64,000 nt of DNA from a virus (taxonomy: Duplodnaviria; Caudoviricetes), in IMG/VR virus record IMGVR_UViG_3300032373_000001, one strand, 5' to 3'. The notes below the pieces were generated by a model, which worked only from the letters and a program-made list of their open reading frames with translations, did no database searches and was not told the DNA's origin. Positions 18,012 through 27,057 of this stretch are shown here, one piece after another (the first letter of the stretch is position 1; each line of letters starts with the position of its first letter). Both the position numbers and the translations under genes were made by a program.

Positions 18012-18545
18012 TCACCTCACTGGGGGCGGGTCTTCCGCTACCCGCAACTGGTCCAGGGCCTCCAATACCTCCGGCTCAGTCCGAACAGCCAGATTGAGCA
18101 CGGGAATCCCATGCACCTGCGCCAAGACGATTGCAGTCCGAGTCCCCCCCACAGATTTCCCGCCCGGAGTCCAACAGACCAAGGCAGTGGAAGGCATGTT
18201 GAGCTTGCTGCCCAAGACCTGCCAAGTGTTCCTGCCGTGCAGCTTTCGGGCACCAGGCATGAGCCTGCCTGCGTTGGGGTGGATCCGGTCCACCAGGGCT
18301 TCGCTCTCCGGAGACGCCCTGTAGACTACGCGACGTGCGTTGGAGAGGTAGTCCTCACGAAAGCTCTTCCAGGGCAAGTAGGCGATGCAGAACTCCTGCG
18401 CCCCCAACTCAAAGGCCCAGTCCGCCCCATCCGCATGCCCGGATCGGAGCGGAACCCGGTTCCGACGACACCAGTCTCCGATGCGGGTCATCGAGTCCAA
18501 GATTTTTTTGGGGGTTTTGCGGGAACCGACGCCCGTTATGACCAT
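18012..18545 (-). CDS. SLOG-superfamily (DprA/Smf/YpsA-like Rossmann) protein, 177 aa
   Basis: TGVGSRKTP, LRSGHADGADWAFE, HARN-like LHGRN, GGTRTAI motifs. Confidence 0.85.
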   Translation of the reverse strand: MVITGVGSRKTPKKILDSMTRIGDWCRRNRVPLRSGHADGADWAFELGAQEFCIAYLPWKSFREDYLSNARRVVYRASPESEALVDRIHPNAGRLMPGARKLHGRNTWQVLGSKLNMPSTALVCWTPGGKSVGGTRTAIVLAQVHGIPVLNLAVRTEPEVLEALDQLRVAEDPPPVR

Positions 18546-18633
18546 GAGGTTGCCTTCCTTAGACTCCTAATTACCGCAAAGCTATCTCGAGAGGCCCCGC
18601 CCCCCTTTGAGGTAACAAGGGCTTGGAGGCGAG

Positions 18634-19224
18634 ATGGCAAGACGACCGCTGAAGAGCATCCTGAGACGAGAGAGCTGGTGGAGGCACTACTGGGGTCTGA
18701 TCAAGACCTTCTGGAAGGTTGTTCGAGGTCCGCTCTTGTGGGGAGTCCTCACAGGGTTCTTGCTCGGAGGATTCTTCGCGGGGTCATCTAAGGCCCCGAG
18801 CACTGCCTTGTGGCAGTGCTCCCTGATGTTCGGGGTCATCTTCAGCGCCTACGGGATGGCCCTGTCGCAGGAGTTCAACACCGACCGCGTCCGCCTCATC
18901 CCTCCGTACAAATTGCCCGAGGGGGAAGTCTGGGTCTTCTACCGGGAGGGTGATCGCAAAGGGGAGGGGGAGAGCCGCCGGCAAGACCTCTCCCGCTTGC
19001 GGGATCTGGGCTACGGCAAGACCGTCTGGGTGGGAGGGTTGCTCATACCTCTGAGCGAAGCCTTTCTGGCAGGACCTCAAGACTTGAGGGCGCTCCAAGA
19101 GGAAACGGAGGAGCGCGGAGGCCCTGCGAAGCCTATCGTGACTGACCTGTATGAGCGATCTCCTCAAGACCCCGGTGACCCCCGGCGTCCAGACCTTCGT
19201 CCGACGCGACCCCGATACACCTAA
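18634..19224 (+). CDS. Membrane protein (2 predicted TM helices), 196 aa
   Basis: GGAGG RBS; hydrophobic LLWGVLTGFLLGGFFAG and LMFGVIFSAYGMAL segments. Confidence 0.65.
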   Translation: MARRPLKSILRRESWWRHYWGLIKTFWKVVRGPLLWGVLTGFLLGGFFAGSSKAPSTALWQCSLMFGVIFSAYGMALSQEFNTDRVRLIPPYKLPEGEVWVFYREGDRKGEGESRRQDLSRLRDLGYGKTVWVGGLLIPLSEAFLAGPQDLRALQEETEERGGPAKPIVTDLYERSPQDPGDPRRPDLRPTRPRYT

Positions 19225-19702
19225 GCCCACCGCCCCCGACCGGACGAAGGAGGTGGTGCTGCCGCCGGGGAGTGCCACCCCAGGAGGGGCGGGTCGGGAC
19301 ATCCCCAAGTTCGAGAACAACACCCCGGACTCTGACTCGAACATCCAGCCCCGGACTCTGGGGGTGCCGGGGGAAGAATACGGGGTTCCGGTCAAGAAGG
19401 ACTACAACAACGTCACCCGGCGCACCATGACCAGTCGCCTGTCACCGCTGAGGGTGGTCGTGCTGGCGGAGTACAAGCCCCCCTCAGAGCGGGGAGGCAA
19501 GGACGGAGACCGCCAACGAGAACAGAGCCGGGACCAACAACGGAAAGACAACATCTACTATCGGAAGAACCGCTCCAAGATCAAGCGGGATAACCGGAGG
19601 CGATACAAGCAGGACTGCGTGCGGAACAACAACTGCAACCGCCGCAGGGACAGGGCGCGAAAAGACCCCGAGTTCTACAGGCGAGGTCCTCACCGCGACT
19701 GA
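19151..19702 (+). CDS. Hypothetical Pro-rich protein with very basic C-terminus, 183 aa
   Basis: Coherent ORF; T-N7-CTAT motif at 19122-19136; overlaps the upstream gene by 74 nt. Confidence 0.7.
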   Translation: MSDLLKTPVTPGVQTFVRRDPDTPKPTAPDRTKEVVLPPGSATPGGAGRDIPKFENNTPDSDSNIQPRTLGVPGEEYGVPVKKDYNNVTRRTMTSRLSPLRVVVLAEYKPPSERGGKDGDRQREQSRDQQRKDNIYYRKNRSKIKRDNRRRYKQDCVRNNNCNRRRDRARKDPEFYRRGPHRD

Positions 19703-19717
19703 GGGTAGAGCGGAGAC

Positions 19718-20356
19718 ATGAAATTCCGTGAAGTCTTCCTGAGCCAGTGCCGTCTCTCCCCCCAGGGTAAAGTCCGGAGCTTCCCCGGCGACGAATGGCT
19801 CGAACAGATGCGAGAGCTGGCCGTCGTGATGGGAGAGGAAGACCCACTCCTCTGGGTCACGGAAGACGGTAAATCTATCTGGGGCATCAACAATCTTCGC
19901 TCCTGGATCCCCGAGAACCTCCTGGAAGAAGGCGATGCTCAGTACGCCAAAGACGCCGTCCGAGACGGAGTGCGGTCCTGTAGCCTGGAGGAGTGGGAAC
20001 AGGACCTCGTAATCCAAGACCTACTTGACGTGTTGGACGGCGCAGCGGACCGCAACAGTCTCGACTACGCGCGAGCCCTATTGATGAGATGCCCAGAAAG
20101 CGTTGGGAGGACCAGGGTCGGCGACACGGGAGTGGCGAGCAGCCTCCGGCTGGATGGATCGCCCCTGTGGGAAGCGATCCTCCGGTTCTCCAGCAACGCG
20201 CACGAGAACGGGGCAGGCAAACTGTGGCATTTTGGCCCCCTGGAATGGCTCACCCGCGCGTACTTGGGGGAGCACCGCTACACTTCCTTGTACCTCTTGC
20301 CTCTACTGAGGCAACACCTTCAGTCCAAGACCTCTACGGGCAACGAGGCCAACTGA
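19718..20356 (+). CDS. Hypothetical protein, 212 aa
   Basis: GGAG RBS. Confidence 0.65.
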   Translation: MKFREVFLSQCRLSPQGKVRSFPGDEWLEQMRELAVVMGEEDPLLWVTEDGKSIWGINNLRSWIPENLLEEGDAQYAKDAVRDGVRSCSLEEWEQDLVIQDLLDVLDGAADRNSLDYARALLMRCPESVGRTRVGDTGVASSLRLDGSPLWEAILRFSSNAHENGAGKLWHFGPLEWLTRAYLGEHRYTSLYLLPLLRQHLQSKTSTGNEAN

Positions 20357-20507
20357 CCTCGGACGGACTCGGGCAGCGGGCCTTGCACCGAGATGTGTAC
20401 GAGCACGACCAGCCGAGGGTTGAGCCCCTCTTGCCTCAAGAGGCGCATGACTTGAGCCCGGACTTCAGACTCACTGGGTCCGGGCTCAGGCTGAATTACA
20501 GCACAGG

Positions 20508-21167
20508 TCACCGGAGCGTCAGCTTCTTCCCCGACTCCAGCCACTGATCGATCTTCTTGAGGACGGACTTGGCCGGACCGAAGGTCTTCTCGTAGCCGTT
20601 CAGGACCAACCGTTGGAGCTCCCGGAGGTCCTCGGGCTCCGAGGAGTCGGACTTGGACCCCATGCGGGCACGGATGCTCTCCACCGGACGCAGGAGGTTC
20701 CCCAGCCGATAGATGTTGGGGTTCCTCCGGCTGACCTTTCGGTCGTAGGCCGTGATCTTGTGGACCAGAACGGCAATGAAGTTGTTGACAGTGGGTTCCA
20801 TGGCACCTTCTCGGAGGGTGGATGCGTGCCGCAGGATCTGCTGACGATCCTCGTCACCCTTCGGGAGGAAGGATGCCAGGCGGACCAACGAACGGAAGCG
20901 GTTACGGCGACCGGGGCGCCGCAACTCCCTACGGCTCTTGGCAGAGTACTTCTGAATATCTGCCAAGAGCTCCAGGTAACGGTCTACCTGATTCCTGCCT
21001 ACGATCTCCGCGGCGGCTTCCCATGCCTGTTCTGCCTCAAAAGGGAGACCCGACTTCCTGGCTCCCTCGCCCCCTTCGATGAGGCTCACAGCATCACGGC
21101 CTAAAGACCGGCCCAAGGATCGCAGGAGGCGTTCGGCCTCTACACGTTTCTGTTCGAAATCGCTCAT
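20508..21167 (-). CDS. Hypothetical protein, 219 aa, with internal family-B motif (SLVRLASFLPKGDEDRQQIL)
   Basis: AGGAGG RBS; motif shared with the genes starting at 31864 and 62893. Confidence 0.75.
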   Translation of the reverse strand: MSDFEQKRVEAERLLRSLGRSLGRDAVSLIEGGEGARKSGLPFEAEQAWEAAAEIVGRNQVDRYLELLADIQKYSAKSRRELRRPGRRNRFRSLVRLASFLPKGDEDRQQILRHASTLREGAMEPTVNNFIAVLVHKITAYDRKVSRRNPNIYRLGNLLRPVESIRARMGSKSDSSEPEDLRELQRLVLNGYEKTFGPAKSVLKKIDQWLESGKKLTLR

Positions 21168-21388
21168 TTGAGTGGGTCCTCCTTACCGGGGGACCCCTAT
21201 AGCAAGGCAAGCGGCTCAATCTGCCTTCTGCGCAGCCACCGCCTTCAGCTCCTCGTCCCCGATGAAATTTCGGTGGCTCAGGCTACCATCCTGACCCTCA
21301 GCACCCTCTGCGGCGGGTTAGCTGTCCTGATCTCCGCAGCTGGGGTCGCCTTCGACCAACTGCGGGAGGAACTGAAACCGGAGGAATG

Positions 21389-21544
21389 ATGGCTGAGAAA
21401 TGGGAAGTCGGATTCTACGCTGGGCACCGGAGCGAATGGGTCCAGATCGCAGAAGGAACCCACGACTACTGCCGAGGGTTCCTAGAAGGGCTGGGGTACG
21501 GGGATGGTCCCAAGGACCACTACAAGATCCGCAAGAAGCCTTGA
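21389..21544 (+). CDS. Small hypothetical protein, 51 aa (MAEKWEVGFYAG...)
   Basis: GGAGG RBS; below the length cutoff of the ORF track. Confidence 0.55.
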   Translation: MAEKWEVGFYAGHRSEWVQIAEGTHDYCRGFLEGLGYGDGPKDHYKIRKKP

Positions 21545-21997
21545 TCAGGCGGCGTTGAGGGTCTTGCTCAGAGAGATGGTGCCCGCAGGCAGGTCACTGT
21601 CGGCACCGACTGTGAGCGTGAGCGTGAGAGACTTCGCGACGTCCTCATCGGCAGCGATCGCGGTGATGACGAAGGTGGTGTCGAAGTTCTCGAAGAGCGG
21701 GATGAAGAACGAGTCCGTATCGTCGAGGGCGTCGTCGCCTCCCGTAGCGAAAGCGCGGCCCATGACGCTCTTGATCAGGAAGGCTCCGCTGTCCCCCGAA
21801 GCCTCCAAGTAGAGGCTGGAGTTGCGGTCAGAGGTGATGGTGAAGGTAACGTCGGTGGCTGCCGTGATGTCACCGAAGGCTCCATCACCGGTGATGATGA
21901 GGGAGGGGAAATCCTCGGCCTTATTGACGACGGCTCGGAGCGCGGCCTTGGTGTTGGCCTTCTGGGCGTAGAAGGGGGGAAGGCGTCCTGAGGGCAT
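21545..21997 (-). CDS. Putative virion structural protein, 150 aa
   Basis: GGAG RBS; T/A/D-rich beta composition; T-N7-CTCT variant motif upstream. Confidence 0.55.
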   Translation of the reverse strand: MPSGRLPPFYAQKANTKAALRAVVNKAEDFPSLIITGDGAFGDITAATDVTFTITSDRNSSLYLEASGDSGAFLIKSVMGRAFATGGDDALDDTDSFFIPLFENFDTTFVITAIAADEDVAKSLTLTLTVGADSDLPAGTISLSKTLNAA

Positions 21998-22035
21998 GGG
22001 GGGTCTCCAGTTGGGGTCTCACGACCCCTCAAGCA

Positions 22036-22060
22036 AGAGCCAGTCTAATGAAACCCCTAT
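22036..22060. promoter_or_regulatory. Back-to-back late-type motifs sharing a central TAATG/CATTA (divergent promoters)
   Basis: Plus strand TAATG-AAACCC-CTAT; minus strand CATTA-GACTGG-CTCT; AGCCAGTCTAATG recurs at 44898-44910. Confidence 0.4.
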
Positions 22061-22088
22061 ACAGAAGCCCTTGCTGTGGAGGACCCCT

Positions 22089-22478
22089 ATGAATAAGCTC
22101 GCGAAGATCCTGGACCAAGAAGGCGTGCGGAAGGTTGCCGGAATGAAGCAGCTCCAGCAGGCCATCTACCGGGATGCCATTCAGCACATCGTGCGGGACA
22201 AGGAGGCCGAGGCCGCAGCCCTGGAACTGGCCAGGACTTCCGACGCCTTCTACGTCGGCACCTTCCAGGACCTCTACGACGTGTTGCGCTCCGACGAGGG
22301 TGAGGAGGAGGTGCTGGACGCGATCCACGCGATCCTGATTGATGTGGGGGATCGCGTCAAGAACTACTTGAGCAACAAGTGGAACTTCGAACCCGGATAC
22401 CAGGTTCCCAGCATGAACCTGAGCTGGTCACCCGACGAGCGGGACAGCTACCTCCGAGAGTTCTCCCGGCTGCTCTGA
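22089..22478 (+). CDS. Leader family-A protein (MNKLAKILDQEGVRKVAG), 129 aa
   Basis: GGAGG RBS; shared N-terminal leader. Confidence 0.8.
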   Translation: MNKLAKILDQEGVRKVAGMKQLQQAIYRDAIQHIVRDKEAEAAALELARTSDAFYVGTFQDLYDVLRSDEGEEEVLDAIHAILIDVGDRVKNYLSNKWNFEPGYQVPSMNLSWSPDERDSYLREFSRLL

Positions 22479-22479
22479 G

Positions 22480-23037
22480 TCAGTACTGGATCGCATCCGA
22501 GACCTGAACTGCGTAGATGTGGGGACGTGCTGGGTCCAGCTTACTGAGCTGGACCTTACTCCGTCGGAACGGACGCCCGGACAAGAGGCGCAAAGCCCCA
22601 CTCTTCCAGTCCTTGTTGGAGCGCGGTGATCTCAGCGGTCCCGCGCTCCAACACAAGCCCATCTCAGCTGGCCGCTGGCCGGCAGGCTTTGCGCCTTCTC
22701 GGATGACCGGAGTGTCGTAGAGGATCCCATCCTGGTCCTCCTCCGTCTCCCACCGAAGAATGTCCCCCTCGGCGTAGTAGTCCTTGCTGGGAGCCAAAGC
22801 CACGAGGGCGCAAGGGTCCACACGCACAGAGATCTCGATCCAATCTGCCGAGGGGTTCTGGCGTTCGATTTCTTGGCAGTACTCATCGAGGCGGTCGAGC
22901 ATCGCATCGACCCCTTTCTGCTGGGCGGTGTCCCACTGGTCCAGACGTCGGAGTTGGACCATGATGCGGGAGGCTACCTCCACTTCCTCTCCGGGGGCCA
23001 TCTCTCCGGCACCCAGGTTCCGGATCGTGTACTTCAT
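22480..23037 (-). CDS. Hypothetical protein, 185 aa
   Basis: GAGGAGG RBS before ATG at 23037. Confidence 0.65.
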   Translation of the reverse strand: MKYTIRNLGAGEMAPGEEVEVASRIMVQLRRLDQWDTAQQKGVDAMLDRLDEYCQEIERQNPSADWIEISVRVDPCALVALAPSKDYYAEGDILRWETEEDQDGILYDTPVIREGAKPAGQRPAEMGLCWSAGPLRSPRSNKDWKSGALRLLSGRPFRRSKVQLSKLDPARPHIYAVQVSDAIQY

Positions 23038-23047
23038 CGAATCCTCC

Positions 23048-23518
23048 TCAGATACGGACAATCTCAGCACCCGGCCACCCGCTCATCCGGGACCCGCGAC
23101 GGTCCTGAACGGTCACTACCAGGTGCAAGCCTCTCACAGCAGCGCGCTTCGCCAAGTCCTCGGCTTCCTCCGAGTAGGGCAAGCAGCTATCTTCCAGGCG
23201 CTGAAGCCCGTCCACAAGGATCGCCGAACCCTTCGGGAATTCATGGATGGCCCGCCACAGGTAGCCCATCGAGCAGTCTGAGTCGTTCCGGATGACCTTC
23301 TCGTGGGTGGTGTCCTCGGGCTCTGGGCACAACTCCTCAGAGTTGTGCGTTTCCGGGGTCATCAAGACGATCTCGGGGATGTCTTCCCGAGCGCAGTAGG
23401 CTTGGAAGATGCGCCTCAAGTAGGTGCTCTTGCCTGTTCCTGCCTGACCTCGGATCATCCAGGTCTGGCCAGCCTTGGCCGACCCGACCTCTTCCAGCTT
23501 CTCTTCGATTGGTGACAT
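23048..23518 (-). CDS. Small P-loop NTPase-like protein, 156 aa
   Basis: Walker A GQAGTGKS; Walker B-like ILVDG; GGAGG RBS. Confidence 0.6.
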   Translation of the reverse strand: MSPIEEKLEEVGSAKAGQTWMIRGQAGTGKSTYLRRIFQAYCAREDIPEIVLMTPETHNSEELCPEPEDTTHEKVIRNDSDCSMGYLWRAIHEFPKGSAILVDGLQRLEDSCLPYSEEAEDLAKRAAVRGLHLVVTVQDRRGSRMSGWPGAEIVRI

Positions 23519-23548
23519 GTAGTCCTCCCTGGGGGTTTACCGGGTCCG

Positions 23549-23908
23549 TTAATCGACCCGGATGCTCCAGCGCCACCCAGGATAGTCCTCCAAGAGGCGG
23601 AACCCCTCCTCCACGTAGGGAGCATCATCCCAGTCCACGCTCGCGGGGCCAACGTAGCCGTACTTCTTCTCGAAGGCTTCTTCCGACAGCTTCTGGTCCT
23701 GGGCGACGCAGTGTTCAAAGTAGGACACTCGTATCCACCACTCCTCTGCCCAGGAACGGTCAGTGACGGGGTGGGTCGCTCGGATGCGGCGGAGACTGCT
23801 GAGGAGGTCGTATCCGAAGTAGCTCATCGTGCCCAGGTGACCCACTCGGTACGCATCCTCTTCGCCGGTCTCTGGGTTCACGAAGTCAATGTAGACGTCA
23901 CTACTCAT
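23549..23908 (-). CDS. Hypothetical protein, 119 aa
   Basis: Coupled to the upstream ORF. Confidence 0.6.
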   Translation of the reverse strand: MSSDVYIDFVNPETGEEDAYRVGHLGTMSYFGYDLLSSLRRIRATHPVTDRSWAEEWWIRVSYFEHCVAQDQKLSEEAFEKKYGYVGPASVDWDDAPYVEEGFRLLEDYPGWRWSIRVD

Positions 23909-24083
23909 TGCCATCCCCCCGAAGGTGTCGGGAAGCGATCTCGCGCTCCTCTTCCGTCATGTCATACCAGGGCTGGTCCATGCGGTCGAGGATCTCATTC
24001 TCTTCGGGGGAGTCCTCGCCGTGCTCCCGGCGGATACGCAGTAGCTCTCCGACGAGGTGCAGGTAGGTCTGGAGGGCGCTCAC
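23901..24083 (-). CDS. Hypothetical protein, 60 aa
   Basis: GTGA overlap; acidic helical sequence. Confidence 0.6.
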   Translation of the reverse strand: MSALQTYLHLVGELLRIRREHGEDSPEENEILDRMDQPWYDMTEEEREIASRHLRGDGNE

Positions 24084-24436
24084 TTGAGCAAGACTCCAAA
24101 GAAGCTGCCTTCCGGGGTGTGCCCGACCACCCAGCCGTGTCGGTACAGGGTCAGGGTCTCATCTCCTCCGGAGTCGTCTTCCGCCAGCGGATCCTTGAGG
24201 ATCGCCATAGGGCTGGGAATCTTGCGCTCCACCCCGACCCATTCGTTCTCGGTGTACTTGAAGTGATCCGCGCAGTCGTACATGCTGCCGGCGATGCGAA
24301 CCACGACATCCGAGATGTGCTCCGCGGAGGGGTCGGAGCGCAAGCACTCGTCCTCCCGCCACAGGACCAGGACCTTGTTCGGCCAGTCCTCGGGCACCTT
24401 ATCCTTGCTCCAGACCCGGTCCACTTCCATGCGCAT
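24080..24436 (-). CDS. Hypothetical protein, 118 aa
   Basis: AGGAGG RBS. Confidence 0.7.
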   Translation of the reverse strand: MRMEVDRVWSKDKVPEDWPNKVLVLWREDECLRSDPSAEHISDVVVRIAGSMYDCADHFKYTENEWVGVERKIPSPMAILKDPLAEDDSGGDETLTLYRHGWVVGHTPEGSFFGVLLK

Positions 24437-24512
24437 GAGGTTGCCTCCTTGGGGGGCTTACCGGAGGCCGATGAAAGGCTTATACGGAACCCACAACAAC
24501 AGGGAGTGAACC

Positions 24513-25550
24513 ATGCGAAGTGTGCTGGCAAGAATCCTCGTCGAAGAGAACATCCGAGTAGCTGCCATCAATGACGCACAGGGGTGGCAACTGGTGCGGG
24601 AAATGTACGACGGAGCCACCACCCAGGGGAAACGGAACAAGGGCGAGAGCGCCTTCATGAACAACTGGGGCACTGACAACGGGTGGGACTGGATCGGCTT
24701 CAAGGAGTTCGCCCGCGACTTCTCCAACTGGGTCTCAATGAAGGCCATCCAGCTCCAGGGAGCTATGGACACCTGGCAAAACCAGAACGGAGAGACCATC
24801 ACCCCATCCGACGACGAGAGGGTGGACTGGAGCCACAACGCAGTCCTCATGGGTCGGCAGTTCTTCGACTCGGTCATGCGAAACCCTGGCATGCTCCCCC
24901 GCCGGGGAGGGCCGCTGCACCACTACAAGATCATCAACAAGGGTCAGGACCCGGCCTTCCTTGCAATCGCCCGGAAGTCCATGGGACGCCCCTTCACCAA
25001 TCTCCCGGGCAGTCCCCCCAACAAGCGGTGGGTGGAAGATGTCGCCATGGGACGCGGATGGGCGGACATGACCGATGACCTTCGCGCCAAGTACCTCACC
25101 GAAAACCGCATCGGACCTCCGCGCAACATCCCTGCCCGCGTCAGCCGCTCCAAGTTCTGGGAGTTCTACTGGTATCCCAGCTGGTCTCCGAATAGCCACG
25201 GCAAGGGCAACTACCAGCGATTCACACCTTCCGGCGCTGACGTCGGGCTGACCCTCGCAGTGAGCTGGGTCCCGACCAGCACCTCCCGGAAGAAGTCAGT
25301 GCTGGAAGAAGCCCTGCGGGACGCGGAGCAAACCTTCCGGGCATTCCGGATGCGTCTGGACACGGTGGTGGACCCCCGCTACAAGTTCACCCTCGAAGAT
25401 GTCGTCGCCGGCAAGCTCCGCCGGAAAAACTACAAGGGGGACTTGCAGCTGCCCCACACCACCAAGGTGGTCAGCATCCCCCTGATCGGAGATGCTGCGG
25501 TCGACAAGGCTACGATGCAGTCGATGGCCTCATCGCCCATCGCTCCCTGA
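24513..25550 (+). CDS. Leader family-A variant protein (MRSVLARILVEENIRVAA), 345 aa
   Basis: GGGAG RBS; CGATG-N6-TTAT motif at 24469-24483. Confidence 0.8.
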   Translation: MRSVLARILVEENIRVAAINDAQGWQLVREMYDGATTQGKRNKGESAFMNNWGTDNGWDWIGFKEFARDFSNWVSMKAIQLQGAMDTWQNQNGETITPSDDERVDWSHNAVLMGRQFFDSVMRNPGMLPRRGGPLHHYKIINKGQDPAFLAIARKSMGRPFTNLPGSPPNKRWVEDVAMGRGWADMTDDLRAKYLTENRIGPPRNIPARVSRSKFWEFYWYPSWSPNSHGKGNYQRFTPSGADVGLTLAVSWVPTSTSRKKSVLEEALRDAEQTFRAFRMRLDTVVDPRYKFTLEDVVAGKLRRKNYKGDLQLPHTTKVVSIPLIGDAAVDKATMQSMASSPIAP

Positions 25551-25604
25551 CCGCATTCGGGTAAGTGCTTAATAGTCCGCCCCGGTCACCTAAGTGGCTC
25601 ACCC

Positions 25605-25982
25605 ATGGGTGAGCCACTTACAATTCAGGTAATCCCACGTATGGCGAATACCTGTAACCACGACCGAACCCTACAACTCACAGGCAAGGCGGTCGACTCC
25701 AAGTGGTGTAAATGGCCCAACGAAGCCGAATCCGGTCATGATCGGGGACTTCCCATGCCTGACATTCCAGGACTGGTCAACGGGGACTACATCGACCTTG
25801 AGGTCTGCATCGACTGCGGGAAGGTCTTGGGACTGCCCGATGCGGAAGACATCCTACAGAAACAACCTGTCAAGACCCCCCGCGCAACATCCAGGAGGAA
25901 GACCCTCCGAGAGATGCAAGAAAGCCTTCCGGAGTGTCAGGTCTGCGGGGATGTTCCCGGAGCGGGCTGCCCTGCCTGCTAA
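25605..25982 (+). CDS. Cys-rich hypothetical protein (CNH...CIDC; CQVC...CPAC), 125 aa
   Basis: Several CxxC pairs; start codon uncertain. Confidence 0.6.
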   Translation: MGEPLTIQVIPRMANTCNHDRTLQLTGKAVDSKWCKWPNEAESGHDRGLPMPDIPGLVNGDYIDLEVCIDCGKVLGLPDAEDILQKQPVKTPRATSRRKTLREMQESLPECQVCGDVPGAGCPAC

Positions 25983-26479
25983 GGGGTGATGCCCAAGAAG
26001 GTCTTCAGCGCGGTTCGGTAGTGGTCCAGGGCTTCCCGCTGGACCACTACCGAGGGGGTGTTGTTGAGCATGATGATGGCGGGGTTCACCTCCAACATCT
26101 TCCGGAAGACCCCATGCTTAAACAACATCTTCCGGAAGACCTCATCCTTAAACTGGAAGGGGTAACCCAACGCTTCCAAGTTGAACTGCCGCACTCGGTC
26201 GTATCCGAAGACCACAACCAGCTGCGAGTAAGTCCACAGAGGAATGTCGTAGCAGTTGTCCGGGGGACGCGACCCGCAGTAGGTATCTTCGAACAAGTAG
26301 GCGAAGCCGAACAGGCCTCGACGGAAGCCCAAGACTGTAGCCTCGGGCATCACTGGCGGAGGGGCCTCCAGGCCCAACGACTTCCTCAGCTCCTGCGCCT
26401 GCACCAGAAGGTCAGGGCCAGCGGAGATCTGCAGGGCCTCTTCGTACAGGTTGAGGAGGGCCTCTGGATAACCACTCAT
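25979..26479 (-). CDS. Hypothetical protein, 166 aa (paralog of 26476-27039)
   Basis: ATGA overlap; shared N- and C-terminal motifs. Confidence 0.7.
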   Translation of the reverse strand: MSGYPEALLNLYEEALQISAGPDLLVQAQELRKSLGLEAPPPVMPEATVLGFRRGLFGFAYLFEDTYCGSRPPDNCYDIPLWTYSQLVVVFGYDRVRQFNLEALGYPFQFKDEVFRKMLFKHGVFRKMLEVNPAIIMLNNTPSVVVQREALDHYRTALKTFLGITP

Positions 26480-27039
26480 AGGTCGAGGGCCTCTGCCAGT
26501 GCGTCCTTGTATCGGGCTATCCGCCCCCTCCCCTCATCTAAGGGAGAGTGCCGCAAGACCTGCCAAGTCAGAGGCGAGTACGGGGCCTGGAGACGGAGGC
26601 CGAGCTGCTTCAGCAAAGACCAGACGGCAGCCTCTCCGATGACAGGAGCCAAAGTCCCTGCAGTCCAAGCCGGGGCGGTGAGGTAGCTGCAGCCCTCTTG
26701 CGGGTAAGCGCTGTCCCCAGGCTCGGTGAACGTGCGGCACGCTGGCATGTACGGGGGATTTTGGGCGGGGGTCACACCCCTCGAATCAGGGTCGAATACC
26801 TCAAAAATTCGGGGCGACGGGTTGAACTCGACGCAGAGGTTGTTGAGGACGATGGGGTGCGGGGCCAATCCCATCGACTTTCGAAGCTCTTCTGCCTGAC
26901 GGAACAGAGCCTCCTGACCGACCATGTGGCGCCGGAAACACTCCACGTAGAGAAGGTGGAGCGACTCCGGAAAGGAGGCCAGCACAGCCTGCTCAACTTT
27001 CGGGAGGTTGCAATAGGTGGGAGGAGTTGTAAGCATCAA
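26476..27039 (-). CDS. Hypothetical protein, 187 aa (paralog of 25979-26479)
   Basis: QAEELRKSMGL versus QAQELRKSLGL. Confidence 0.7.
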   Translation of the reverse strand: MMLTTPPTYCNLPKVEQAVLASFPESLHLLYVECFRRHMVGQEALFRQAEELRKSMGLAPHPIVLNNLCVEFNPSPRIFEVFDPDSRGVTPAQNPPYMPACRTFTEPGDSAYPQEGCSYLTAPAWTAGTLAPVIGEAAVWSLLKQLGLRLQAPYSPLTWQVLRHSPLDEGRGRIARYKDALAEALDL

Positions 27040-27057
27040 GAGTGCTTACGGGGTGGG

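Noticed and set aside
20320-20511. Possible 63-aa minus-strand ORF containing VMRLLRQEGL (leader-A-like)
   Set aside because: The motif is internal, and the ORF overlaps the 3' end of a plus-strand gene. The GTGA coupling is suggestive but not enough to call
21168-21389. 73-aa plus-strand ORF
   Set aside because: The TTG start overlaps the divergent gene's start region and there is no RBS; a shorter hydrophobic ORF cannot be excluded
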